Below are positions 49,230 through 60,953 of a stretch of 64,000 bases of DNA, in pieces. Source of the DNA: Squalus acanthias (taxonomy: Eukaryota). The notes under the pieces are model-generated. The model was not told the DNA's origin. It did not search any database and saw only the letters and a program-made list of their open reading frames with translations. The DNA lies in NCBI GenBank assembly GCA_030390025.1, contig CM059438.1, positions 55,120,001 to 55,184,000 on the forward strand. Reading direction: 5' to 3'. Both the position numbers and the translations under genes were made by a program. Positions within the stretch are counted from its first letter, which is position 1. Each line of letters begins with the position of its first letter.

Positions 49230-50113
49230 AGAACATAAGAACATAAGAAATAAGAGCAGGAGTCGGCCATACGGCCCCTCGAGTCTGCTCCGCCATTCAA
49301 TAAGATCATGGCTGATCATCGACCTCAACTCCACTTTCCTGCCTGATCCCCATATCCCTTGATTCCCCTAGAGTCCAAAAATCTCAGCCTTGAATATACT
49401 CAACGATTCAGCATCCACAGCCCTTTGGAGTAGAGAATTCGAAAGATTCACAACCCTCTGAGTGAAGAAATTCCTCCTCATCTCAGTCTCAAAAGGCCAA
49501 TCCCTTATCCTGAGACTGTGCCCCCTCGTTCTAGACTCTCCAGCCAAAGGAAACAACCTTCAACCCTGTCAATCCCCCTCAGAATCTTATATGTTTCAAT
49601 GAGATCACCTCTCATTCTTCTAATCCCCAGGGAGTATAGGCCCAATGAGGTTCCTCACTCTCATTAGCCCCTTAGTTCCCCACTATTTTTGGTATACTTT
49701 TTGTGTCTTCTACTGTGAAGACAGATACAAAATATTTGTTTAAAGCCTCTGCCATTTCCTTATTCCCCATTATAATTTCTCCTGTCTCAGTCTCTAAGGG
49801 ACCAATGCTTACTTTTGCTACTCTCTTCCTTTTTACATACTTGTAGAAGCTCTTACAATCTGTTTTTATATTTCTTGCTAATTTACTCTCTTTCTATTTT
49901 CTCCCATTTATCAATTTTTTGATCATCCTATGCAGGTTTCTGAAGCTCTTCTTCACAACATTATAAGCCTCTTCTTTTAATCTAATACTATCCTTAACTT
50001 CTTTAGTTAGCCACGGATGGATCACTTTTTGTGGAGTTTTTATTTCTCAATGGAATGCATATTCATTGAGAATTTTGGAATATTTCTTTAAAAGTTTGCC
50101 ACTGCTTATCTAC
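49230..50113 (-). mobile_element. Two CR1 fragments (3' end at 49230-49644; internal ORF2 piece at 49660-50113)
   Basis: MFPLAGESRTRGHSLRIR and (TTCTTATG)n tail; AATGAGGTT is duplicated around the first piece. Confidence 0.8.
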
Positions 50114-50659
50114 CAACTGTCAATATATCTACATTGGTTTATCTTTGAAAAAAATAGCAACTCATGATCTCATAACAGCACTGGCTGTTATGGTTGGATT
50201 GAAGGAAAAAATGTCGCTCACCTCGCTTCCGCCAACTTCTGGCGCGGCCCACCCTGGTCACCATCTTGGGAAGGGCAATAGCACAGGCGGAACCTGTGCG
50301 CACCTGAAGCAATCAATCGAGGCAGATCGTGATGTCAATCAGCATGTAATGCTGATTCGACGCAAGACTTGTCATTTTGGGCATCGAAGATCCACTGTAT
50401 GCCCTCTCCTAAACATGTGCAGCTGAACGTGCGTTCAGTCGCACGACGGACACCCCACCAGCTCTACTTAAAGAGACACAATCCAACTTTGAGCTAAGTT
50501 GCTTTTTGCTTTTGTACTGGTTCCTGTACAGTTTATTTGAGCAGTACCTTGGTGCAAGATATTTAAAAAGTTGGTAAAGTTTGCAGGGAGTGCTGCTGGA
50601 CGTTGGGAAGGCGTTGGCTGCTACTGGATGGCCTCTGACTATACCACTTACTCCCAGTC

Positions 50660-51758
50660 ATGGGGGCTCTGCTTGGAGTCCCCCTCGCGCTGCAGCATGA
50701 CAGGGAGATGGAGCAGAGGCAGCAAAGACAAGCTACTCTCAGAGGGGGCGGAGGGCTCTCAGCAGGAGGCCTTACCCACCTAGAGTCTTCAGGGAGCACT
50801 TCTCCTACCTGCACCTAAGCCAGGAGGAGTGTATTCGGCGGCTTCGCTTCACCAAGGAGGTGGTCACAGAACTCTGCCTCCTCTTGGAACCAGACCTGCA
50901 GCCTCAGAGCAGGGCAATGACAGCGCTGCCAGTGACCCTCAAGGTGACTATGGCCCTGAATTTTTTTGCCAGCGGAGCAGGCAACATAGCAAACATCTCA
51001 CAGTTCACCGCCCATCGCTGCATCCGGGAGGTTACAGAGGATCTGTACTCCGGGAGAAGGGACTTCATTGTCTTCTCTCTGAGCAGGAGAAGCAGGAGGA
51101 ACACGCATGTGGCTTTGCCAGGATATCGGGCTTTCCCATGGTGCAGGGCGCCATCGACTGCACACATGTGGGTTTGCGGATGCCGCATATCAATGGTGAG
51201 ATGTACCATAACCGCAAAGGCTACAACTCTCTTAATGTGCAGTTGGTGTGCGACCATGCCCAGCATATCATGATGGTGAATGCCCGGTATCCTGGCAGCA
51301 GTTGTGATGCCTTCATCCTGCGCCAGTCTGGTGTGCCAGCAATCTTCCAGCCACCACGTCGAACCCGAGGGTGGCTGCTCGGCGATAAGGGCTATTTGCT
51401 CTACACCTGGATGATGATACTACTCCGCAACCCAACCACTCGTGGCCAGCACTCATATAATGACAGCCATGCTGCCACGAGGAACCTCATTGAGCAGACC
51501 ATCAGGGTGCTGAAGCAACGGTTCCGCTGCCTTGACCGCTCGGGAGGAGCCCTCCAGTACTCAGCTGAGCGGGTGTCCCAATTCGTGGTGGTTTGCTGCA
51601 TCCTCCACAACTTGGCCATCTTGAGGGCGCAGCCACCACAGTTTCCGTGACCACCTCAGGAGGAGGAAAAGGAAGAGGATGAAGGGAGGAGGCAGCCTGC
51701 AAATTCCCGTTCCAGACGGGCTGTCCGTGAGCGCATCATCAGACTCCAGATCCCTTGA
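50660..51758 (+). pseudogene. Frameshifted Harbinger transposase
   Basis: GAIDCTH, LLGDKGY and RNLIEQTIRVLKQRFRCL are present, but the N-terminal part is spread over different frames. Confidence 0.88.
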
Positions 51759-51927
51759 TTGAAACCCCAGATCCCCGTTGCTTAACACTTCCGCATCTTA
51801 CCATCCCTCTGTCACAGAACATCACAGCGTCCTCTTGGGCACAATGCTGAAATGAAAGCCACCACAAAACAAACATTCCAAACATAATTTATAAATTAAT
51901 AATTCCAATATAACATTACAAAGTCAA

Positions 51928-53751
51928 CTAATCACCCTTGTACAATCCCTTAGTGTCTGTCTTTCATGTTCCTTTGCCTATTCTCGTGCTCTACGCAGTG
52001 CTACCCCAGTGGTTGCAGCATGGCTGGTGAAAGGCTGCTGACTTTCCGTGGGGGACACTGCAGATGGCCTTGCAGGATGACCTCGAGCAGCTCTGGGCCT
52101 AGAAGGCCCGGCTGTAGTCTGCACCACCTTGTCATGGGTAGCAGCAGTCTGGGCTGGCTATCTGACAGGCAACTACAATAGCATTGGTGGAGTGGCAGGG
52201 GTAGGAGTACGAATGCTGTCATTCTGAGAGAGGACAGCAGGTTCTTGCTCCACGGAGCCACTGCCACTCCCCTGGGGCGGTGCCTCAGAATTCCTAGCCA
52301 TCTGTTGGAGGACAGATTGCTGGACTGCTGTGAGACCCTGCAAGCCCCTTTCCACACTCGTAAACCCAGCCACGATGGCAGCAGTCTGAGCTCGTGTGGC
52401 AGAAGTCTGAGCTTCCACTGCAGCACTCAGACGTTAGGTCACTTCCGCTTGTGCTGCAATGGAAGCCGTGATATCGCCTATCACACCCAGCATCATGGTT
52501 GGGTCCACAAGTTCTTCAATGAAGTTGCCCATGACTTCCTCCGCGCAAAGCCCCGTGCAATGTTGGAACCTGACTCCTCCATGCTCCTTGACAGTGACAA
52601 GAGGCTCACTGGCAGGCCTGCCGTTGTACCAAACATTTCTGTGTGCATGCCCATCACTCTTCTTCTGAAGGCCGCCCCATCGACGTCCACATCTGAGTCC
52701 TATGCAGCAGACTTCGCCCTCTGGGGAGCTGGCACTTGTGCTACTCTTTCACCCTGGCCTGGCTGTAGCCCACTCGTGCCCAGTGACTCACCACGTGCAG
52801 ATCCAGCCCCATGCTACCCTCTAAAGTACACACAGTGCCATTTTCTGAGCTGGTGCCTGGGAGTGTCAGATCGAGTAACAGTGCCTTTTCTCCTTCATCA
52901 CTCTCCTCTACTTGTTGCTGCACAGACTGGGCTGCTGGCAATTCTTGGGTATCTGAAAGGAGAAAGACACAAGGATCGGCTTGTGGTGAAGTGGGGGGGG
53001 GTGGGGAAGCCAAATGTCCATGCAGTTTGTAAATGAGAAGAGATTGTGGGATGAGGGGGAAGTGGGATGTGAGAAGAAGGATTAGGTATGAGCATACCGT
53101 CATCATCAATGCTTTCAGCCTCACCCAGCGCCACAGCCTCAGTGACGTGCCCTCCAATGATCTCCAGCACATTCTCCTCCATGGTGGTTAGGTTGTGCAG
53201 CCATACTTGCCCTCCGCCTGTTTGTTCCTGCTCTCTCCTGTGAGCCACCTCGGCCTACAAGAGAAAGGGAAGTGTCAGTGAGTGTGGTGCAATGTGTTTG
53301 GGTGATGTGCCTGCCATGGTTGAGTAGCTGGCAGTGTATGCAAGGTGTGAGATGTGGGTGTGAGGCTTGTAGCAGTGGTAAGTGTGTGAGAGGGAGGTGA
53401 AGCTTTGATTGTGAGGTATGAGTGATTGCTAGAGATTGTTGGTAGGTGAGTGATGGGAGTGTGGTGCATTGAGCAGTGTGTGAGGCTAGTGGTGCAGTTG
53501 GTGGGATATGGAATTTGAAGATGCATTTACTCACCTTGACCACTCGAGTGAGGTCATTGAACTTCTTTCGGCACTGGGGAAAGACTGTTGGTACTGACGG
53601 CTTCTGCGATTTCCTCCCACTGGCTTTGCACAGTGTGCCTGGAAGGTCTCCTGCCCCCCCTGCGGGTAGAGGACCTGTACACCCCCTGCACCAAAGCCTC
53701 CAGTGCTGCATCTGAGAACCCAGGTGCACACTCTCTCCCCTGGTGAGACAT
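51928..53751 (-). pseudogene. Disrupted Harbinger Myb/SANT partner gene
   Basis: FSDAALEALV, QCRKKFNDLTRVVK, QTGGG and VEQEPAVLSQND pieces lie in different frames. Confidence 0.8.
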
Positions 53752-54142
53752 ATCGCTCCAGCTCCAGCAACAATGAGGTTCTGTATCAGAGCACCTCCCC
53801 TTTAAGAAGTGCAGAACAGCTTTTGACTCTGCAGGCAACCTTTAAATAGAGAGCAGCCTGCACAGGATATTGGGCCCCCTGTTGAGCGCTGAGCCAACCA
53901 GCAGCGTATTTAGTGCGGAGCCCAGCGCTGCAATCATTGTAATGAGCAGGCAACATGAATTTTGCGTGCTGCCCGCAGTACTTTCAATGGGCGCGGGCAG
54001 ATTGTGCATTGCCATCACTGAGTCCGTTTTCAGGCCAAATTGAATGTTGCCCCCTTTGTCTCTTGATTTATGAGACAGTGGGGTTGGCTTTACTGGGTAA
54101 GTGCCTTTACAGCTTGTGGCCCAGGAGGAGCAGGAAAGCACA

Positions 54143-54353
54143 GGAACGGTAGCATAGTGGTTATGTTACTGGACTAGTAATCCAGAGGCCGGATTATGAT
54201 CCATAGACATGAGTCAATTAAATAAAAATCGGGAATAAAAAGCTAGTATCAGTAATGGTGACCATGAAACTATCGGATGGTTGTAAAAACCAATCTGCTT
54301 CACTAATGTCCTTTAAGTAGGGAAATCTGCCGTCCTTACCCGGTCTGGCCTAC
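54143..54353 (+). mobile_element. 3'-truncated tRNA-derived SINE (same family as 41266)
   Basis: TAGCATAGTGGTTATGTTACTGGACTAGTAATCC...GGTGACCATGAAACTA. Confidence 0.78.
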
Positions 54354-54364
54354 AGTTCGGTATC

Positions 54365-55275
54365 GAATAATGTTCAGTCTCTAGCACTGTCTCTGGTAAT
54401 GTCCAGTCTCTAGTAATGTCTGGTCTCGAGTAATGTCTGGTCTCGAGTAATGTCTGGTCTCGAGTAATGTCTGGTCTCTAGTAATGTCTGGTCTCGAGTA
54501 ATGTCTGGTCTCTAGTAATGTCTGGTCTTGAGTAATGTCTGGTCTCTAGTAATGTCTGGTCTCTAGTAATGTCTGGTCTCGAGTAATGTCTGGTCTCTAG
54601 TAATGTCTGGTCTCTAGTAATGTCTGGTCTCGAGTAATGTCTGGTCTCTAGTAATGTCTGGTCTCGAGTAATGTCTGGTCTTGAGTAATGTCTGGTCTCG
54701 AGTAATGTCTGGTCTCTAGTAATGTCTGGTCTCGAGTAATGTCTGGTCTCGAGTAATGTCTGGTCTCTAGTAATGTCTGGTCTCGAGTAATGTCTGGTCT
54801 CTAGTAATGTCTGGTCTCGAGTAATGTCTGGTCTTGAGTAATGTCTGGTCTCGAGTAATGTCTGGTCTCGAGTAATGTCTGGTCTCTAGTAATGTCTGGT
54901 CTCTGAGTAATGTCTGGTCTCTAGTAATGTCTGGTCTCTAGTAATGTCTGGTCTCTAGTAATGTCTGGTCTCTGAGTAATGTCTGGTCTCTAGTAATGTC
55001 TGGTCTCTAGTAATGTCTGGTCTCTAGTAATGTCTGGTCTTGAGTAATGTCTGGTCTCTAGTAATGTCTGGTCTCTAGTAATGTCTGGTCTCTAGTAATG
55101 TCTGGTCTTGAGTAATGTCTGGTCTCGAGTAATGTCTGGTCTCTAGTAATGTCTGGTCTCTGAGTAATGTCTGGTCTCGAGTAATGTCTGGTCTCTAGTC
55201 ATGTCTGGTCTCTAGTAATGTCTGGCCTCAAGTGATGTCTGGCCTCAAGTAATGTTCAGTCTCGAGTATCATTCG
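54365..55275. repeat. 0.9-kb minisatellite, 17-bp unit AGTAATGTCTGGTCTC(T/G)
   Basis: Directly visible tandem array with degenerate edges. Confidence 0.97.
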
Positions 55276-55312
55276 ATCTCGTGTAATCTTCATTCTCGAA
55301 TACTGTTCTTAC

Positions 55313-55468
55313 TCCTCTATAGCAGTAATATGCTTGGTCTCTAACGATCCTTTGGTGAGTAGTTTGGATGAAGCCTTCCCGTCGAACAGCATACCCAGTC
55401 GAGCTATTTTGACAACTATGAGCCTCACAAGTTCTCCCAGGTACATTCCAGAAATCATTTTCTCAAAC
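55313..55468 (-). CDS. HKDC1: Hexokinase (HKDC1-like) coding exon 8
   Basis: 156 bp, TACAG acceptor, GTAAGA donor. Encodes [51 protein letters not shown](D). Not listed in the ORF track. Confidence 0.93.
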
Positions 55469-56178
55469 CTGTAGAACCACAAAGAAACAAGGCTTTATGA
55501 AGGCTTCACAACTAATAACCTTTTTAATTAATTTTTCCCTTCCCTTATAAATATTCCTCACTGTGTCTGGCACATAGGCCAATGGGTACCAGTTGTCCAA
55601 CGGTATCTTTGCCAAAGAAGTTATTCTTCCTATTTAAACTGAGGCAGTGAGTGTTCATTGTTCAAATGTGGGCTTTATAGTCAAGCATGAGCCTGTGTTC
55701 ACCCAATATTCACCCACACACACACATCTTGTCTAAGGATGGTCACTGAATAGCGTCAGGAGCCAGAACAGTTCATTTCCCCCTCTCTAGTCTAGAGGCA
55801 CTGAGGACTCTTAGGGCTAGAAATTCATTATAGCCCAGGAATGGGTGCTGTCATTAGAAAAGTTGGAGAATTAGCGCCAGGCGCTAATGCTTTAGACTGC
55901 ACACAAAATTTGTGCTCGCTGCTCAAAAAAATGATTGGAGTCCTTATTCAAGTTTTAATGCCCAAGCTCATTGGCATTACACTCAAAGGGTGGACCAATA
56001 TTAGGTGCAGCCTAATAGCAAGTCATAATTGCCACAGACTTTTTTCAGTACTTAAAGGGGAGGTTCATTGATGCTGCAGAACTCATCATCAATTCTCAGC
56101 ATTGCTGGCTATGCAGCTGCCTCAGCAAGCTGAAGCAGGACAAGGAGAAGGAGCCGGAGGACTGAAGCAGCTGTACTC

Positions 56179-57617
56179 ATGGCAGATCCATGCCCCAGGG
56201 AGAAAGCCCGCAGATTCAGCGATCAAGCAGTAGAGGCGTTGGTGTTCACTGTGGAGAGACGGAGGGTGGTGCTCTACCTGACAAGTGGCAGAAGGCCCTC
56301 ACCGCAAGTCTTCCAAACCATGTGGAAGGAGGTAGCGCAGCATATCTCGGGCAGCACTGTGGTCCCCAGAACCCACACAAAGTGCAGGAAGAAATTTAAT
56401 GACCTCACTTGGGTGGTCAGGATGAGTGAATGCTTCAACAAATGCTACATACCACCATCTGTACCACAATCTTCACACACTGCCCAAAGCACCACACCCC
56501 CAGCACTCGCCCACCAACAACCTCTAACTACCAACACCCAACCACTGTCTGCACTGGAGAATAGAGTGCTGCAGGTTATTGGGCGCCAGGTGGTGGTCGC
56601 CATGGCCACCGGCAACGTTGATCCCTACTCCTTCTTCTCACATCCCACTTCCCCCTCACCGCACAAGCCTTTCGCACTTTCCAGCTCATCATGCTGTATG
56701 CATGCATTTCTCCCTTCCTTCCCCCCTCCCCTCACCTTAACTCAACTCTTGTGTCTTTATGCTTTCAGATAATGAGCAAGCACCTGAGCAGCCTGTCCCT
56801 GGGGGAACCGTAGAGAGCGAGGGGGTAGAAGAGGAGGAGGCAGAACACACCGCGTCACTGCATGTCTCACCCGCAGGCACCAGCTCAGATACTGGCACTA
56901 CGCGTTCTTTAGAGGCTAGTATAGTAGCGTGATCTGCACAGAGTGAGGCACTGGAGACGAGTGGGCTGCAGCAAGGCCGGCGGAAAGCGTAGCTCAGTGG
57001 CCAGCTCCCCGGAGGGCAAGTTCACGCGCGAGTTCTTCTGCACAGGACTCAGATGAGGACCTCGATGGGGAGGCGTTTAGAAGAAGGGTGATGGGCATGC
57101 ACACGGAGGTGATAGGTGCAATGGCAAGAGTGCCCGAGAGCCTGTCGGCAATGGTAAGGAGCGTGGAGGAGTCCGCCTCCAACATTGCACAAGGCTACCA
57201 CCATCGACCGGGGCTTTCACGGTGTCGCAGCAGGCCATCAATCTGTGCTCCAACACTGAGGTGCTGCCCCAGGGGAGTGGCAGTGGGTCAGTGGAGCAGG
57301 AATCTACTGTCCCGTCTCAGGATGACAGCATTCCTGTTCCCACCACTGGCACTCCGCCATTGCTCTTGTCGCTGCCTGTCATCCAGCCAGCCCAGACTGC
57401 TGCTGCCCATGCTGAGTTGGTGCAGTCTACAGCCGGGCCTTCCAGGCCCAGAGCTGGTCAAGGGCGTCCTGCAAGGCCATCTGAAGTCTCCTGCACGGAC
57501 ACTCAGCAGCCCTCCACCAGCCCTGCTGCAGCCTCTGGGCCAACACTTCATAGGACCACTAGAGTAGGCAAAGGCACAGTAACAAGAGGTATTAAGGGAT
57601 TGCACAAGGGTGAATAG
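56179..57617 (+). pseudogene. Disrupted Harbinger Myb/SANT partner gene
   Basis: RRFSDQAVEALV...W.EVA...KCRKKFNDL. The first donor reads ATGAGT instead of GTGAGT; in-frame stop near 56930 and deletions. Confidence 0.82.
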
Positions 57618-57782
57618 TTAATATTTTTGTTGTAAATATGTGTTCCCTGATTTTTGATGAATTTATTAATTCAGTATGGATTCTTTTGTGGTGTGTCTCA
57701 TTTCAGCTTTGCGCTGCGATATGGCCTGCGACAGGGATGGAATGATGGGGATGTGGTGAGCAACGGGGATCTGGAGTTTAAT

Positions 57783-58970
57783 TCATTCGAACCGCAGTCT
57801 GATGAGGCGATCACAGACCGCCCTTCCGGAAGGTCGATTGAGTGGCTGCCTCCTCCCTCGCTCCTGTTCCTCCTCCTTGTCGTCCGCCTCATCTTCCTCT
57901 TCCTCCTCCTCCTCCTCTCCCTCTTCCTCCTCCTGAGGTGGTACCACAATCCCTGGTGGCAAGGGCTGGGCCCTCATGATGGCCAGGTTGTGGAGCATGC
58001 AGCAGACCACCACGAAATGGGACACCCGCTCAGCCGAGTACTGGAGGGCTCCTCCCGAGTGGTCAAGGCAGTGGAACCGTTGCTTCAGCAGGCCAATGGT
58101 CTGCTCGATGATGTTCCTGGTGGCAGCATGGCTCTCATTATATGAGCGCTGGGCAGAAGTGTTGGGGTTGCGGAGGGCAGTCATGAGCCAGGTGGAGAGC
58201 AGATAGCCCTTGTCTCCGTGCAGCCAGCCGCGAGCTTGACGTGGTGGCTGGAAGTGTGCTGGCACACCGGTCTGGCGCAGGATGAAGGCAGCGTGGCTGC
58301 TGCCTGGATAGTGGGCATTCACATTGAGGATTCGCTGTCTGTGGTTGCGCACCAACTGCACATTGAGTGAGTGGTAGCCTTTGCGGTTATGGAAGAACTC
58401 AGGATTGTTATGCGGTGCCCGCAAAGCCACTTGGGTGCAGTCAATGGTGCCCTGCACCATGGGGAATCCCGCTATCCTGGCAAAGCCACACGCACGCTCG
58501 TCCTGCTTCTCTCTGGTGACGGGGAAGGAAATGTAGTCCCTTCTCCAACTGTAGAGAGCCTCTGTGACCTCTTGGATGCAGCGATGGACGGCGAAATGCG
58601 AGATGTTAACTATGTCTCCTGTTGCAGACTGGAAGGATCCACTGGCGAAGAGATTGAGGGCGACGGTGACTTTGACTGCCACTGGGAGATCCGTCGTTTC
58701 CCAGGTCTGAGGCTGGAGGTCTGGTTGCAGGCGGTGGCAGAGTTCTGTGACCACCTCCTTGGTGAAGCGGAGCCTTCTAATACACTGCTCCTCGCTTAAT
58801 TGAAGGTAGGAGAAGTGCTCTTGGAATACACTCGGAGGGTAAGGCCTCCTGTTGAGAGCCCTGATGGCCCTCCACCTCCCTCTGGCTACATGTTCCAGTC
58901 TTTCTCGCTGCCTGTGCTCCCTCCGCAGTAGATCCTGGAGGGCGAGATCGACTGCCAGTACAGCCTCCAT
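57783..58970 (-). CDS. Harbinger DDE transposase, open 395-aa ORF
   Basis: GTIDCTQ, NRKGYHSLNVQ, GDKGY and RNIIEQTIGLLKQRF; several conserved positions are substituted. Confidence 0.8.
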   Translation of the reverse strand: MEAVLAVDLALQDLLRREHRQRERLEHVARGRWRAIRALNRRPYPPSVFQEHFSYLQLSEEQCIRRLRFTKEVVTELCHRLQPDLQPQTWETTDLPVAVKVTVALNLFASGSFQSATGDIVNISHFAVHRCIQEVTEALYSWRRDYISFPVTREKQDERACGFARIAGFPMVQGTIDCTQVALRAPHNNPEFFHNRKGYHSLNVQLVRNHRQRILNVNAHYPGSSHAAFILRQTGVPAHFQPPRQARGWLHGDKGYLLSTWLMTALRNPNTSAQRSYNESHAATRNIIEQTIGLLKQRFHCLDHSGGALQYSAERVSHFVVVCCMLHNLAIMRAQPLPPGIVVPPQEEEEGEEEEEEEEDEADDKEEEQERGRRQPLNRPSGRAVCDRLIRLRFE

Positions 58971-59667
58971 TCATGTAACCAGGTTTAGCAGTTTGATTTT
59001 TTTAAGAATAAATGCAGCTGCTTTTTAGTTGCCACAACACTCCTGATACAAAAGAACCTTGAAATTACTGAATGAAAATGTTGCAGTGAATGAAACTGAA
59101 AAGAAACTACTGAAATTGCACTAACCTGACAGCTGTGAGTCATTACTGATGATCCTTTTAAATAACATCCCTGAAGCTGGCTTCCTTGTGCTTCGCGCCA
59201 GCTCTCCCTGTCGCTGTTTACTCCAGGTGCTAAGGTAGGTGGCGACAATCAATTTAGCAGATTGGCTGGTCAGTGAGCGTTGCACACTCACTGACATCAC
59301 GATCCACCTGGCATTGAGGCTCCCGGCGATAACTGTTATCGGCGGTGCTACAGGGGGGGGCGGTGGGGGGGGGGGGGGGGGAATTTGGCGTGCGGCGCTG
59401 GATTCACCTCACCCCAGCGATACTGCTCTAGCACCCCGTTAGCGTCATCTGCTGGCGCTAACCGGAGGCACTAAGGGGACGAATTTTTCCCCCATAGTGC
59501 CCAACTGCGAGCCCAGCAGAGATCAACTCACTTAGCATAGACCAACGGTCCAACCTGGAACCTTCAGGGAAAGGCTACAAGACAGCGCCACTAGGCCATC
59601 TTCGGGGCTCAGGAAACAGTCATCCCTAATGAAGTGGACATCAAATCAAAGCTCAATGAAGACTTAC

Positions 59668-59851
59668 AGCTGTTTCCCTGGATTGAGGGAGCCAGAGTCC
59701 ATTTCCCGATCAAATGTAGTCCTGATGTCTTCCAGTGAGCCATCGTCCCCGAATGCTCCCCACTCGGTGTTAATGCACATCCGTCCTTCATCGCCTTCCA
59801 CCGCGTTTATATAGCTCATCTCCTCCATGTAACAAGCATTCGTTCCATTCC
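59668..59851 (-). CDS. HKDC1: Hexokinase (HKDC1-like) coding exon 7
   Basis: 184 bp, TACAG acceptor, GTAAGT donor. Encodes (G)[60 protein letters not shown](L). Not listed in the ORF track. Confidence 0.93.
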
Positions 59852-59943
59852 CTGTATATGGCAGATTGTCGATTCAACACATCTATTTTGTATGTGAATG
59901 GAAATATTTAAAAACTGAAAAGTGATTACAAACCCCTTATTAC

Positions 59944-60043
59944 CGATAATAACGCCAATTTCACAGTACGGGTCGTCAAATCCACATGTCATCATGGTCC
60001 CCACTGTATCATTCACCACAGCCAAAATGTCCACTTCATAGTC
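59944..60043 (-). CDS. HKDC1: Hexokinase (HKDC1-like) coding exon 6
   Basis: 100 bp, AG/GT bounded. Encodes [33 protein letters not shown](G), including the catalytic VNDT motif. VDILA and DDPYCE-GVIIG are HKDC1-type signatures. Confidence 0.93.
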
Positions 60044-60271
60044 CTAACAAATCACCAATACATGGTCAGTAAATCAACAAAACTGCATGAGATTCCATTT
60101 TCTAAAAAAACTATCCTTTTGTGATTATTATGCTTATCAGGTATGTTACTGCTGGGAATGGAACTCATTGTACCTTGGCTCACCACTGTTCCATCAAGCA
60201 CTCCCAGGGCAGGTATAGCACGGGTTAGATACAGAGTAAAGCTCCCTCTACACTGTCCCTTTACACTGTCC

Positions 60272-60355
60272 CTGGAAGCTGGGATCGGGGTATGGGAACT
60301 GCTGGAAGCTGGGATCGGGGTGTGGGAACTGCTGGAAGCTGGGATCGGGGTGTGG
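60272..60355. repeat. Short tandem repeat, 30 bp x ~3
   Basis: CTGGAAGCTGGGATCGGGGT(A/G)TGGGAACTG repeated. Confidence 0.85.
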
Positions 60356-60953
60356 TTGGTGGGGGTGGGATGGGGTTGCTGGAGCTCAGCAGCGCTGTGT
60401 GAGAATTATAAGGGCTGCTTTGGGTCAGTCAGTTTCTCCCTGGTGAGCTGGCCAACTACTGAGAGCAAGACTCCATCTCAGTTCAGAAACCCCGGGCGGG
60501 AATCGGGTGTCCCCCACCTTGAGCTCGGCAGCTTGAGGCCTGGCGATTTTAACTCCTGCGTCTCACCTGCTACCTGAAACCAGCGGGAAGGGGCAGCCGG
60601 CCCAAGGAATGATCCGCGACACTCGGGTCATTCATGGGGAGGGTCTCCCGATTGGGAAGGGGGTTGGGGGGAGGAGCCCGGGCCAGGAGAGGCCTAAACT
60701 TTCCCAGTAGGGCCCACAGGAGCACTCTTGCTCCACAAAGAAAGTTAAAACAAGTTTTAAAAAGGCTCCTCTTCGGTCCTGGATCTTCTTCCCACTGCTT
60801 CACCTGGTGTCAAAACTCGCTCAAGTCATGAGTCTGAATACCAAGGAAAGTCTAGAAACATCTGCTTGCCCATTCTCCAAAGGCAGACGGCACTGCTTAT
60901 TAGCAGATAGGTTTCAAAAAGATAAAACAGACTTAATCTTGAGTTAAATTTAC

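Larger units (their letters stand above)
50190..54054 (+). mobile_element. Degenerate Harbinger transposon (element 2)
   Basis: Right end reads GGGGGCAACATTCA on the minus strand; left TIR not found, so the boundary is approximate. Same two-gene convergent layout as element 1. Confidence 0.85.
55814..59493 (-). mobile_element. Harbinger transposon (element 3, 3680 bp)
   Basis: Ends GGGCTAGAAATTC / GGGGGAAAAATTC, TSD TTA / ATA; convergent transposase and Myb genes. Confidence 0.92.

Noticed and set aside
32935..55275. CRISPR-like appearance of the regular arrays
   Set aside because: No unique spacers, no cas genes, and the context is eukaryotic introns.
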